Assembly (NCBI GenBank): GCA_019894715.1
Contig: JAGXOA010000169.1
Coordinates: 1 to 57,555, forward strand
DNA length: 57,555 nt
Direction: 5' to 3'
Source: Promethearchaeota archaeon
Lineage (GTDB): Archaea > Asgardarchaeota > Lokiarchaeia > Sigyniarchaeales > SOKP01
A program made the position numbers and the translations under genes. A model generated the notes under the pieces. That model was not told the origin of the DNA, made no database searches, and saw only the letters and a list, made by a program, of their open reading frames with translations. This document shows positions 28,430-37,979 of the stretch, piece after piece. Each line of letters begins with the position of its first letter. Position 1 is the first letter of the stretch.

Positions 28430-29968
28430 CTAATAATTAGCAAAAATTTGGGATATATCTGTATGGAGAATTTCATTATCTATCTTAAATTGTTCTCTGG
28501 TTATAAATAAATTTCTGAAAGAGGGTAAACTTCCCAATATTGTAGCACCATTATATATAGCTAATTGAAGATTATTAGGTATAAAGAATCTTATACCACT
28601 TTTAGAAGAATCTGTATATTCACTGAAACCTATATTTTTTAATGAAGCTTCTTTTGCTTTTTGAATTTCTTTTATTGGTATTTTAGGTGACTCAATCTTT
28701 AGATTATTACCACAATAAGGACAAAATACAGAATTTTTATCTGTAATTTCTTTTTTGCATTTAGAACAATTTATTGAGATATTGTTGTTATCTTGATTTA
28801 TTTCTATTTTAATTTGAGGAAACTCCATATTTGCACCACATTGTGGACAATTAGGTTGATCTTCTGCTAAATTAACTAGGATCCCACATTGAGGACAATT
28901 ATCTTGAACTTTTTTATTTCCTTCAATTGGTTTGAGAGCATCAACTTTTTCTTCTTTTTTATCATTCTTTATTTTAGTTTTAATTGATATTCCATATTGA
29001 GGTAATAATACATTTAATTCAGCTCTAAGTCTTTCCTCAAAACCGCTATGAGAAAGATTACCACCAGAAAGCACAATATGTGATAATAAATCTGTCCAAT
29101 ATTCTTGACCGACATTTTGCAAACAAGTAATTATAGAATGTTGGATTCCGGGAGAATTTGATCCAATCATAGAAGGTTGAAATAAAACCTCTGTTGAATT
29201 ATAGAGGACATGATCTGGTATTTGCACAGTCGAGCCATCAGGCATAGAATAAGCTATACTATCTCCACCTTTTTGAGGATTGTTAGGATCAATGATAAAA
29301 TAACAATTCTTTTCTTTTATTTCTTTAATAATTTCATCAACGGCAGAAGATGAAATATTGATTCCTTCTCTCATAAGAAGTGTTTTGAGATTATTACTTA
29401 CATCCATACCAGCTAAATTTAATCTTTGTACTGCTTGCAAAATTATTTGTCCATTAACTATTGGCACTATCCAAGTAATTCCATCACCACTTTCAATAAC
29501 CAAGCCCGTTGTTAGACCAACAGAGAAACATGAAAGAATAGGTGATGGCACCATAAGTAAATGATTAATTTGATGCGTTTCAAATAGCACTCTTGCAATA
29601 AATTCCTTAATATCTTTTGGTTGAAATGGATTCTCGATGTAAATGATTGGGTAATCTAATGGATTTTGAATCCTGAGAAGTGTGTAAAGAATGTGATTTA
29701 AGATTTGATAATAGCTATCCCAATCCACAATTGACCCCCGTTGGATAGGATGGGATATCTTTAGAACTCCCCTCATTTTCATAGCATCTTGTCCTACGTA
29801 CACATTTCTTGCATCTACATCAACCATAACAGAGTGATATTTCTCAGTCCCAGTTATACAAGGAAAAATATATCGAGGGTTTATCTCGCCAGCAAACCCC
29901 ACTTTTACATAAGCAGATCCAATATCAATTATGATTGGAGTTCCGGGTGTTGGTAATGACATTTTCAT
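28430..29968 (-). CDS. Actin-family protein (actin/Arp-like) with a ~130-aa double zinc-ribbon insertion
   Basis: Colinear with eukaryotic actin: IIIDIGSAYVKVGFAGEINPRYIFPCITG (cf. [29 protein letters not shown]), YVGQDAMKMRGVLKISHPIQRGSIVDWD, GLVIESGDGITWIVPIVNG, LNLAGMD, YSMPDGSTVQI, LFQPSMIG, IVLSGGN, IYNGATILGSL. The insertion carries CPQCG..CPQCG and CSKC..CPYCG. Confidence 0.85.
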   Translation of the reverse strand: MKMSLPTPGTPIIIDIGSAYVKVGFAGEINPRYIFPCITGTEKYHSVMVDVDARNVYVGQDAMKMRGVLKISHPIQRGSIVDWDSYYQILNHILYTLLRIQNPLDYPIIYIENPFQPKDIKEFIARVLFETHQINHLLMVPSPILSCFSVGLTTGLVIESGDGITWIVPIVNGQIILQAVQRLNLAGMDVSNNLKTLLMREGINISSSAVDEIIKEIKEKNCYFIIDPNNPQKGGDSIAYSMPDGSTVQIPDHVLYNSTEVLFQPSMIGSNSPGIQHSIITCLQNVGQEYWTDLLSHIVLSGGNLSHSGFEERLRAELNVLLPQYGISIKTKIKNDKKEEKVDALKPIEGNKKVQDNCPQCGILVNLAEDQPNCPQCGANMEFPQIKIEINQDNNNISINCSKCKKEITDKNSVFCPYCGNNLKIESPKIPIKEIQKAKEASLKNIGFSEYTDSSKSGIRFFIPNNLQLAIYNGATILGSLPSFRNLFITREQFKIDNEILHTDISQIFANY

Positions 29969-30078
29969 CGATTTTATTAGTTTATAGGAATTTAAAAATG
30001 TAAATATAATAACTATAAGAATTTACTTAATTAAATGTATTTTGGATCATTGAAATAATATTATAAATTTTGTATTTT

Positions 30079-30522
30079 TTATTCACAATCACTTATTAAA
30101 TATTTCATTAATTTTTCAAGAACAGTTTTTTCTAAAACTAATCCTATCAACTCATTTTTATCATTTACAACAGGGATCCTCTCAACATTGTTATCAAACA
30201 TCTTTTTAAGAGTATCTATCAATGTATCACTTTCCTTAATTATATAAGGTTCAGAGGTCATTAAATCACTAACAAGTGTATTTGGTTTATCTAAAGACAT
30301 AGCAAAACGTGCTAACCTTATGTCTCTCTGGGTAATAATACCAATAAGTTTCTTATTTTTGTTAGACTCGACAACAGGAAGACCTCCTATATTCTTCCTA
30401 ACCATTAAGAGTTCTGTTGCACTAATTTTCTCGTTAGGAGTTATATATAAAGGATCTTTTACCATAATCTCAGAAATTTTTAATAATCCAAATTGTTGAA
30501 TAGTTTTATTTTCTTCTCGCAT
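30079..30522 (-). CDS. CBS-domain pair protein
   Basis: Two CBS repeats: IMVKDPLYITPNEKISATELLMVRKNIGGLPVV...IGIITQRDI and LMTSEPYIIKESDTLIDTLKKMFDNNVERIPVVNDKNELIGLV. Confidence 0.88.
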   Translation of the reverse strand: MREENKTIQQFGLLKISEIMVKDPLYITPNEKISATELLMVRKNIGGLPVVESNKNKKLIGIITQRDIRLARFAMSLDKPNTLVSDLMTSEPYIIKESDTLIDTLKKMFDNNVERIPVVNDKNELIGLVLEKTVLEKLMKYLISDCE

Positions 30523-30584
30523 ATTTTTTTTCCAACCTTTTTTTATATAAAATAAAAAAAATCTCTATTTCAACTATAATAAAT

Positions 30585-30980
30585 TTAATAAAGTTTTTTT
30601 ATCTTTTGTTCTAGATTTTTTTTAAGATTATTTACTTCTTCTAGCATACTATTATAAACCATTAATAGGAAATTACCCCATTCATTTAATTCTACTGTCC
30701 CCCCTCCACCAGTACCTCCTTTATGTGTGATAACAGGGGACATTCCCGTCCTCTTTTCGATTCTTTTCAAAATATTCCATGCATATTTATACGAATAATT
30801 GCATTTTTCAGCAGCTTTTGATAAGGATTTTATTTGATCATTACTAATGGATTCTAATAATCTTGCCCAACCCTTACCTAATATACTATTTCCCTCAACT
30901 TGTAACCAAAATTTTAAACCAAAGTCAACTTTTTTTTTCAATTCTGCAATATTTTGATGATTGCTCATACTAATAATCAT
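30585..30980 (-). CDS. ModE N-terminal-domain-like wHTH regulator
   Basis: LGKGWARLLESISNDQIKSLSKAAEKCNYSYKYAWNILKRIE...GGTGGGGTVELNEWG matches the ModE/COG2005 HTH pattern (S.s.AA..lg.SY..aW..i...e...G......GG..GGG..LT..G). Confidence 0.7.
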   Translation of the reverse strand: MIISMSNHQNIAELKKKVDFGLKFWLQVEGNSILGKGWARLLESISNDQIKSLSKAAEKCNYSYKYAWNILKRIEKRTGMSPVITHKGGTGGGGTVELNEWGNFLLMVYNSMLEEVNNLKKNLEQKIKKLY

Positions 30981-31139
30981 AAATAGATAATTGATATTTA
31001 TGATCTTCGGAACAATAAAAAATAATTGAAATAATTACAAAAAGACACAATTAAATTATTGATATTATTATCATAAAGAGAAAAAAAAATAAAGAAACAT
31101 TATTTTACAAATATAAAAAAATAATATTAGGTAAGATAA

Positions 31140-31883
31140 TTGTTTTTCACTAATTCTGTTAAAATTGGTAAAGAAGTCATAGAAGACTTATTTTTTTTTC
31201 CTGAATCACAGATGTTGGATTGTAATCAATATTTGATTAATAATCGGGAAAATGATGAAATAATTTTATTTGATGCTGGAAATGGTAAATCTTTAAAAGC
31301 TCTTTTTGAAGGTATGAATAATATTGGTTTAGATTATAAAAAAATCACTAAAGTATACATAACACATGAGCATGTTGATCATGTTCTTGGATTATATGAA
31401 TTATTAGATGTAATGAAGAATAATCCTCCAGAAATATTTGCATATGAAAAGACAGCAAAGATCCTACAAGAAGGAAATGAATCAGAGATCATTCCAAGGG
31501 ATTTAGGAATATCCTCAAGTATGTTAGGTATAGAAATCAGACCAATTAAAGTTGTAAATATAAAAGAAAATGATCAATTTAGGTTGAATTCTGAATTTAC
31601 TTTTAAAATATTCTATACTCCAGGACATTCATTAGGTTCTATAATATACTATGAAATAAATAAAAAAATATTAATACCTGGAGATCTAGTATTTGCCGGT
31701 GGTAGTTTTGGTAGATATGATTTTCCAGGGGGTTCCCTTACTAAACTTCAAGATTCGATAGAATTTACTAACAAACTTGATGTTGAATATCTTTTACCAG
31801 GACATATGAACATAAGTGACAATGGAAATGAACAAATAGAATATTCTAATAAAATGGTTCATTCTATTAGAGATTATTTTTAA
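31140..31883 (+). CDS. Metallo-beta-lactamase-fold hydrolase
   Basis: THEHVDH (HxHxDH), a later TPGHS, and GDLVF...PGH. TTG start as given in the ORF track. Confidence 0.85.
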   Translation: MFFTNSVKIGKEVIEDLFFFPESQMLDCNQYLINNRENDEIILFDAGNGKSLKALFEGMNNIGLDYKKITKVYITHEHVDHVLGLYELLDVMKNNPPEIFAYEKTAKILQEGNESEIIPRDLGISSSMLGIEIRPIKVVNIKENDQFRLNSEFTFKIFYTPGHSLGSIIYYEINKKILIPGDLVFAGGSFGRYDFPGGSLTKLQDSIEFTNKLDVEYLLPGHMNISDNGNEQIEYSNKMVHSIRDYF

Positions 31884-32029
31884 ATTATTTATTTTTATTA
31901 TTTATAGTTAAATAGGATTTTAAAAGAATTTATATTTTAATTGAAAGCTATAACAAACATTTTATATAACTATATGTTTATATTATTTTAACAAATTCTA
32001 AATTAATCTTAATTTAAGGTAAAATTAAA

Positions 32030-32683
32030 ATGTCTAAATCAAAAAAAGAAGAAGCAGTGTATTTAAGAAATTATCCTAAAGTAATATTCTTTTGGCCTGT
32101 CTTATTTACATCTTTTGTATTATGGATAATACAATGGGTTATTGGAGGAGAACCAAATGATATATTGGGATACTTTTGGGCAGCTATGTTCTTTATTAAT
32201 ATATTTGTTGTTGCATTCGATTTTTCATCAACAAAATTCTTTATTCTTATATTAGTTCTTGTAATATTTTTAGTTGTAGTGATTTTTCTATTATTACCTA
32301 ATATAGAAATATCTGGTTTAAATTTTAATTTGATGCTAACTTGGCAATTTTATCTAGTTATGACCATAATGATAGGAATTCCTTTGGGTATGGTAGTTTT
32401 AAATTCATACTTTACATATTATAAAATTGAAAGGAATGAGATTTATCATAAAAGTGGAATCGTTAGTTCCGCCGAGAGATATCCAATATCAAATTTAAGA
32501 ATAAAGAAATCAATCCCCGATGTATTTGAATATTTATTTTTACGGGCTGGTTCAATTATATTAATACCAGGTAGATCAGAGGATGTTATTAACTTGCCTA
32601 CAGTACTTAATATTAATAAGAAAGCTAAACTGATTGATGAACTCTTAAGTCATGTTTCAGTTGAACCAGATGAGATTGATTAA
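32030..32683 (+). CDS. Membrane protein with a C-terminal bacterial-PH (YdbS/YdbT-like) domain
   Basis: Four hydrophobic helices, then YKIERNEIYHKSGIVSSAERYPISNLRIKK...GSIILIPG, resembling the bPH_2/DUF304 pattern. Confidence 0.5.
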   Translation: MSKSKKEEAVYLRNYPKVIFFWPVLFTSFVLWIIQWVIGGEPNDILGYFWAAMFFINIFVVAFDFSSTKFFILILVLVIFLVVVIFLLLPNIEISGLNFNLMLTWQFYLVMTIMIGIPLGMVVLNSYFTYYKIERNEIYHKSGIVSSAERYPISNLRIKKSIPDVFEYLFLRAGSIILIPGRSEDVINLPTVLNINKKAKLIDELLSHVSVEPDEID

Positions 32684-32717
32684 TTTTTTTTAGTTTTTTT
32701 TTTTAAAATTTTTTTTT
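32684..32717 (+). terminator. Triple oligo-T terminator candidate
   Basis: T8, T11 and T9 runs immediately follow the stop of 32030..32683. Confidence 0.45.
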
Positions 32718-32788
32718 AATTTTTAACAATGATCATTATACTAACAAAATTCTTATTTTATTTATGATTAAATAATCAAAAGTGTTAT

Positions 32789-35536
32789 ATGATAATTATG
32801 TTCGATATTGAAGATTTTCAAGATTATACTGCAATCATTCCAAATATAAAAAAAATCAATAAATTATTACAGAAAGAAAAATATACGAATATTTCTTCGC
32901 AAATCGAAGAATTAAAAATCTATTTGGATGATGAAACTTTAAAAGTTCCGATTACATATATATTTAGCATTTTAGCTGAAAATAATTCAGATTTATTTGA
33001 ATCAGAACTAATTGAAAAAATTGAACCTTTACTTTTTTCAGATAATATCAAATTAAAATTAAATTCGATATCTATCTTAGGTTTCTTTATTATAAATAAA
33101 CCCAACCTTATTGATATAAAGTATTTTTCCCTGTTTACTAAATTATTGATAAATGAAAAGAAGGATATAAGAGAAAATTGTTATTATTTTCTACAGAGAA
33201 TGTTTGATGTAAATCAAAAGGATATATGGCAATTTAAAGATAATCTACTTGAAGCTTTAGAATTAGAGATTTCTGATTCAAAACTAGAGAATATCACAAT
33301 TATCCTCAATTTTATTCAAAATTGTGATAATTTTAATTTTAAACAATTATATAAATTGAGAGAATTATCGATTAAAATTATTTCAGAATTTAATAGTACA
33401 ATTGATTTAAATTTAAAATCAATATTAAAAAATCTACTTAGAAAATTATATCCTGAATTAATGGAAGTTGATTTTGAAGATGATAATACAAAAGATCTAT
33501 TAAATTGCATAAAAAATACTTTTATCCAACGAAAGTATATTTTTGATGATAAGATAAAAAAAGAAAAAAATATAGAATTTAAGGATTATTTAGAAGAATT
33601 TAAAAAATATGTTTTGAAAGAAAAAGAGATTTATTTTTATTTTAAAGACCAGGAAAAGAAAAGTATAACTCTCTTTGAATTAGAAAAAATGAAGACAATT
33701 GAATTTTTTAATCAAAATCATAAGATTTCACATCAAAATATAATTGATAAATTTCAAAAGGTAATAGATGATTCTAATCTTCAATTATTTATAAAAACTC
33801 TAATAAAATTAAGACATATTAGGGGATTTCTTTCAGAATTCAATTTTTATCCTTCAAATTATATTGAATCAGAACTTATGAATTCTTTAAAAGAAGTTGG
33901 CTATATAAAATTAGAGGATTTTAACTATCTTCCTATAGATTTTATAATAGATCTAATTAAAAAAGTTTCAAATGAGGCAAATTATAAGATTTTAGTAGGT
34001 AAAGAAAAGAAAAAATTCTATGTTTTATCTAATATTACTGAGAAAATTAGAGAAATAGCTGCTAAGGAAAATTGTATTAATTTAAAAAACTATAGAGAGC
34101 AATTTACAGAAAATTCATTTGTTAAAATTCTGAAAACACTACCTAAAGATTATTTGACAGAATATCACAAAGGATCAAGTTGGTTAACTAATATTGGAAA
34201 ATATCGCTTTTCAAAAGAGTTAGGTAATTCTAAAATCATAGGGTTCTTTGATGTTGAGAAAATTAAAGAAAAAATAGATGTAAAAGAAGAATTGATTCTG
34301 GAGATATTTAGCACAGAAATTGATATTCGTAGTGGAATATGGAATAGGCCAAAAGATGTATTTTATTATTCGAGATATATCAAAGAAAAAATTGAGAATA
34401 TAAATCAAATAAAAGATCCTCAAGAAAGATCAGATAGAATAAATAAATTATCAAGAGAACTTAATATTGAAAAGGCAAAGATTATCGGAAAAATTGATGA
34501 AAATATCGAATTAATAGGAGAAGAAATTAGAAATCAAGAACAAATCAATATCTCTGAATATTTAGAAAAAATAGGGATGAATTATAATGTATTTTTTGAA
34601 TTTATAAATAATTTAAAATTAAATTACCTTAAAAGAGGAGATATACTCATATTTAATCCCTCAAAAATAGAAAATGCTAAGAAAGAAATAAAACAATTGA
34701 TAATAAGAGATAGTAAAACTATGGATTTTATTTCTTTAGATAATTTTGATATGAATTCAACAATAATAAAAGAGTTAATTGAAGAATTACAAAAATTAGG
34801 CGAGATTAAAGGTATTATATATAAAGAAATAGAAGAAAAATTTTATACTGAAATTGGTCTAAGGAATATAATGCTTTCAAATATATTTCTCTTTTCTTTC
34901 CATGATTTCTTTTATGGTAAAACATTAAATAAAGATGAAATATCAATTCTTTTAGACATTTTTTATGATATAAAAAAACAGGGAATACTAAAAGGCTCAT
35001 TTAATAAAGAGACTTTAACCTTTTCTAGTGATGAAATAGTATTTGCCAAGGATTATAATACTAATTTAGATCAATTCAGAATTATAGTTAATAATTATAT
35101 AAAACGATTTAAATCTGAGTTTAATAATATTAAACCTATTCTAAATAAAAAAACAGCCATTATTCCACAGGAAATAAAAATTATACAAGATGCTATTGAG
35201 AGGATAAATGATAACTATGTATTTTGGAAAAATAAATTAGATGCTTACATAACAAGAGTTAATAAGAAATTATTAGAAGACCAAGGTATTTCTGTAAAAA
35301 AATATAATTCTGTTTCATATACAGGTATGAATAAAAAGGATATAAAAGCTTTTGTAGAAGATAAAGAAGTTAAAGAACAAATGGAAAGATTCAATTTTTG
35401 GGTGAGTCTTTTTAATAAAATAGAATTGAAATATCAAAATGTGATTTTTTATCAAAAAAGATTTTTAACCAATCCAGATGATCAAGAATCTAAGCAAAAT
35501 CTGTTGGAATTAAGGGAAGAACTAAATCTAAATTAG
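32789..35536 (+). CDS. Large (915 aa) cytoplasmic protein: N-terminal HEAT/ARM-like helical repeats followed by repeated winged-helix-like modules; function unknown
   Basis: No TM helix or signal peptide. N-terminal units such as LLFSDNIKLKLNSISILGFF and LLINEKKDIRENCYYFLQRM look HEAT-like. Later segments repeat a pattern (...G.I.L.DF...L..DFI...I...) suggestive of WH modules. Confidence 0.45.
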   Translation: MIIMFDIEDFQDYTAIIPNIKKINKLLQKEKYTNISSQIEELKIYLDDETLKVPITYIFSILAENNSDLFESELIEKIEPLLFSDNIKLKLNSISILGFFIINKPNLIDIKYFSLFTKLLINEKKDIRENCYYFLQRMFDVNQKDIWQFKDNLLEALELEISDSKLENITIILNFIQNCDNFNFKQLYKLRELSIKIISEFNSTIDLNLKSILKNLLRKLYPELMEVDFEDDNTKDLLNCIKNTFIQRKYIFDDKIKKEKNIEFKDYLEEFKKYVLKEKEIYFYFKDQEKKSITLFELEKMKTIEFFNQNHKISHQNIIDKFQKVIDDSNLQLFIKTLIKLRHIRGFLSEFNFYPSNYIESELMNSLKEVGYIKLEDFNYLPIDFIIDLIKKVSNEANYKILVGKEKKKFYVLSNITEKIREIAAKENCINLKNYREQFTENSFVKILKTLPKDYLTEYHKGSSWLTNIGKYRFSKELGNSKIIGFFDVEKIKEKIDVKEELILEIFSTEIDIRSGIWNRPKDVFYYSRYIKEKIENINQIKDPQERSDRINKLSRELNIEKAKIIGKIDENIELIGEEIRNQEQINISEYLEKIGMNYNVFFEFINNLKLNYLKRGDILIFNPSKIENAKKEIKQLIIRDSKTMDFISLDNFDMNSTIIKELIEELQKLGEIKGIIYKEIEEKFYTEIGLRNIMLSNIFLFSFHDFFYGKTLNKDEISILLDIFYDIKKQGILKGSFNKETLTFSSDEIVFAKDYNTNLDQFRIIVNNYIKRFKSEFNNIKPILNKKTAIIPQEIKIIQDAIERINDNYVFWKNKLDAYITRVNKKLLEDQGISVKKYNSVSYTGMNKKDIKAFVEDKEVKEQMERFNFWVSLFNKIELKYQNVIFYQKRFLTNPDDQESKQNLLELREELNLN

Positions 35537-35546
35537 GGATGAAAAA

Positions 35547-35831
35547 TTATTTTCTTTCTTTTTCTATTTTTCCTATAAACTCCTCAATATTAATTTTAGA
35601 ATTATGTTTAATTTTATAACACCTTGGACTTATTGATCCATTCATCTCTAAAACACCATTTTCCTCTAGGAAGGCCAGAGAACGCCAGATAAAATTAATC
35701 TTTGAGCGATTTGAAGGTTTTATTTTATTATATCTTCTTATACGTTTTGTATTAACCATATTTACATTATTGTCTATGAGTTTATTAATTGCTTCCAAAG
35801 TATCTCTTACATTTTTTAGGAAAAAATCCAT
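35547..35831 (-). CDS. Small basic protein, possibly winged-helix
   Basis: 94-aa ORF convergent with 32789..35536. FIWRSLAFLEENGVLEMNG is wHTH-wing-like. Weak evidence. Confidence 0.35.
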   Translation of the reverse strand: MDFFLKNVRDTLEAINKLIDNNVNMVNTKRIRRYNKIKPSNRSKINFIWRSLAFLEENGVLEMNGSISPRCYKIKHNSKINIEEFIGKIEKERK

Positions 35832-36150
35832 AGTTTAAAAAGCTCCTTTTTATAGAAGTAATCTTCTGATATTTATAAATGAATTATTGACAAACAATTT
35901 GAATTAATGCAATTTATAAGTATTATAAAATATCTTTTTTCAAATATAAATATTTTTGATTAAGAAATTGGATTTATTCTAATTTAAAAAATATTAGATT
36001 TCCTGAATGGAATTCATTATATATTAAATTTAATCTTAGATTTCATGTGTACATTAAATTAAATTAGATTATTATAAATCTTTAAAAATAAAAAATAGAA
36101 AATTATAAGCAAAATAGGTACTAAAAATTAGTATACAAATTTTTCTTTTT

Positions 36151-37755
36151 TTAATGTCTAAATACTCTCTTTCCACAAAAAATCAATGCGCAATTAAGTT
36201 CATTTGCTCGTTTAATAACCATTTTATCTCTTATAGATCCACCAGGATTGATAATTGCTTTAGCACCTGCTTCCACAGCAGCCTCTAATCCATCTGGAAA
36301 TGGAAAGAAGGAATCCGTCCCCATGAATGATTCTTTCATTGTTTCTTCATGTCCAAATTCACGTGCTTTTTGTATGGCTAGTTTTACTACATGAACTCTA
36401 CTTTGTTGACCCGCACCTATTCCAATAGAATATATACCAGAATTATAAGTTTGTGCAAAACAAGCCGAATTGGATTTTGTCCATTTTGATACTTTATATG
36501 CAAATATTAAAGCTTCTTTTTCAATTTCATTAACCTTTCTTTCACTAACAACATTCCATTCTTTAATAATTGGCTTGTGATCATATTCTTCTACGAGTAT
36601 TCCTCCTAAAGTAGATCTTAACTCAAGGTTTTTATAAATTTCATCTCTTTTAGTTAAAAAATCATCAAATTGTAGAATTCTCAAGTTTTCTTTAGTTTTT
36701 AGAATTTCAAGTGCTTCTGATTCAAAATAGGGTGCCATTAATACTTCTATGAAAATACTTTTTTTATTAACAATGAAGTCTGCAACTTCTGTTGTTAATG
36801 GTTGATTAACTCCCCAAATTCCACCAAAAGCAGAAAGAGGATCACAACTAAATGCCTTTTGTATAGAGTTTAATTGATTTTTCTTATCTAAAGCCATTCC
36901 ATTAGGGGATGTGTGTTTTAAAATAGCAGTAACATGATTTTCTACACCAAAATCTAGTAACATTTGAATACATGCATCAATGTCTAAATAATTATTAAAG
37001 GAAATTGCTTTTCCCCCAAGTTGTTTAAATGAATGTAATCCATATTTAGCAGAGATATCTCTATAATATCCTGCTTTTTGGTCCCAATTCTCTCCATATC
37101 TACAATTTTGAACTTTCTCATAAACTTTAACAATGGAATTTTGTAATTTAACATCAGGATTATAATATTCTTGAAGAAAATTTGCAATAGCAGCATTATA
37201 ATCAGCCATTATCGTAAAAACATCTTGGGCTAGGCTTGCTCTCATCTTATTAGATATTGTTCCATTACTTTCTCTTAACTCCTTAATAATAGAATCATAA
37301 TAATTTGAACTGGGGACAACTATCACATCAGGGAAGTTTTTTGCAGCTGCTCGAATCATAAGAGGCCCTCCAATATCTATCATCTCCAATGCTTCCTTTA
37401 GGGTAATATTTGGTTTTGAAATGGCTTCTTTAAATTGATATAAATTACAAACAATCATATCAATGGGGGGAATATTATATTTTTCGGCATCTTGCACATC
37501 TTTAATCAATCCTCTTCGATAGAGTATACCTCCTTCAATTTTAGGATGAATTGTTTTTACTCGACCATCAAACATTTCAGGAGATCCAGTATATTCTGAT
37601 ATTTTTCTAAAAGAAATGTTATTTTCAGCTAAAATATTTCCAGTTCCACCAGTTGATAGAATCTCAACATTAAATTCATTTGATAAAACTTTTGCAAATT
37701 CGATAATACCTGTTTTATCAAATACACTTATTATTACTTTTTTAATCTCTTTCAT
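36151..37755 (-). CDS. purH: Bifunctional AICAR transformylase / IMP cyclohydrolase
   Basis: MGS-like N-terminus (VIISVFDKTGIIEFAKVL...STGGT), GRVKTIHPKI, DMIVCNLYQF, and a C-terminal AICARFT block ...GAGQQSRVH.... Confidence 0.94.
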   Translation of the reverse strand: MKEIKKVIISVFDKTGIIEFAKVLSNEFNVEILSTGGTGNILAENNISFRKISEYTGSPEMFDGRVKTIHPKIEGGILYRRGLIKDVQDAEKYNIPPIDMIVCNLYQFKEAISKPNITLKEALEMIDIGGPLMIRAAAKNFPDVIVVPSSNYYDSIIKELRESNGTISNKMRASLAQDVFTIMADYNAAIANFLQEYYNPDVKLQNSIVKVYEKVQNCRYGENWDQKAGYYRDISAKYGLHSFKQLGGKAISFNNYLDIDACIQMLLDFGVENHVTAILKHTSPNGMALDKKNQLNSIQKAFSCDPLSAFGGIWGVNQPLTTEVADFIVNKKSIFIEVLMAPYFESEALEILKTKENLRILQFDDFLTKRDEIYKNLELRSTLGGILVEEYDHKPIIKEWNVVSERKVNEIEKEALIFAYKVSKWTKSNSACFAQTYNSGIYSIGIGAGQQSRVHVVKLAIQKAREFGHEETMKESFMGTDSFFPFPDGLEAAVEAGAKAIINPGGSIRDKMVIKRANELNCALIFCGKRVFRH

Positions 37756-37906
37756 ATTTATTTCAGAAATTATAATATTCTATTTATCTCTAAAAGCAGA
37801 TAATAATATAAAACGTAATATTTTGCTTTAAAGTTAATTGATACTTTTTTAATAAAAAAACAAATTAATAATAAGAGTCTTCTAAAGATCATAATCCTTA
37901 AAAATT

Positions 37907-37950
37907 TTATAATGATTGCTCAAGAAAACACCTCTATTAAGAGATCCATC
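37907..37950 (+). repeat. Left-end-type hairpin repeat (copy D, inverted relative to copy A)
   Basis: The reverse complement gatggatctcttaatagaggtgttttcttgagcaatcattataa shares an identical 23-nt block (gaggtgttttcttgagcaatcat) with 239-261. The stem sequence differs but still pairs (ctct/agag). Confidence 0.6.
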
Positions 37951-37979
37951 TAAAAAATATATTTCAAAAAAAAAATGAT

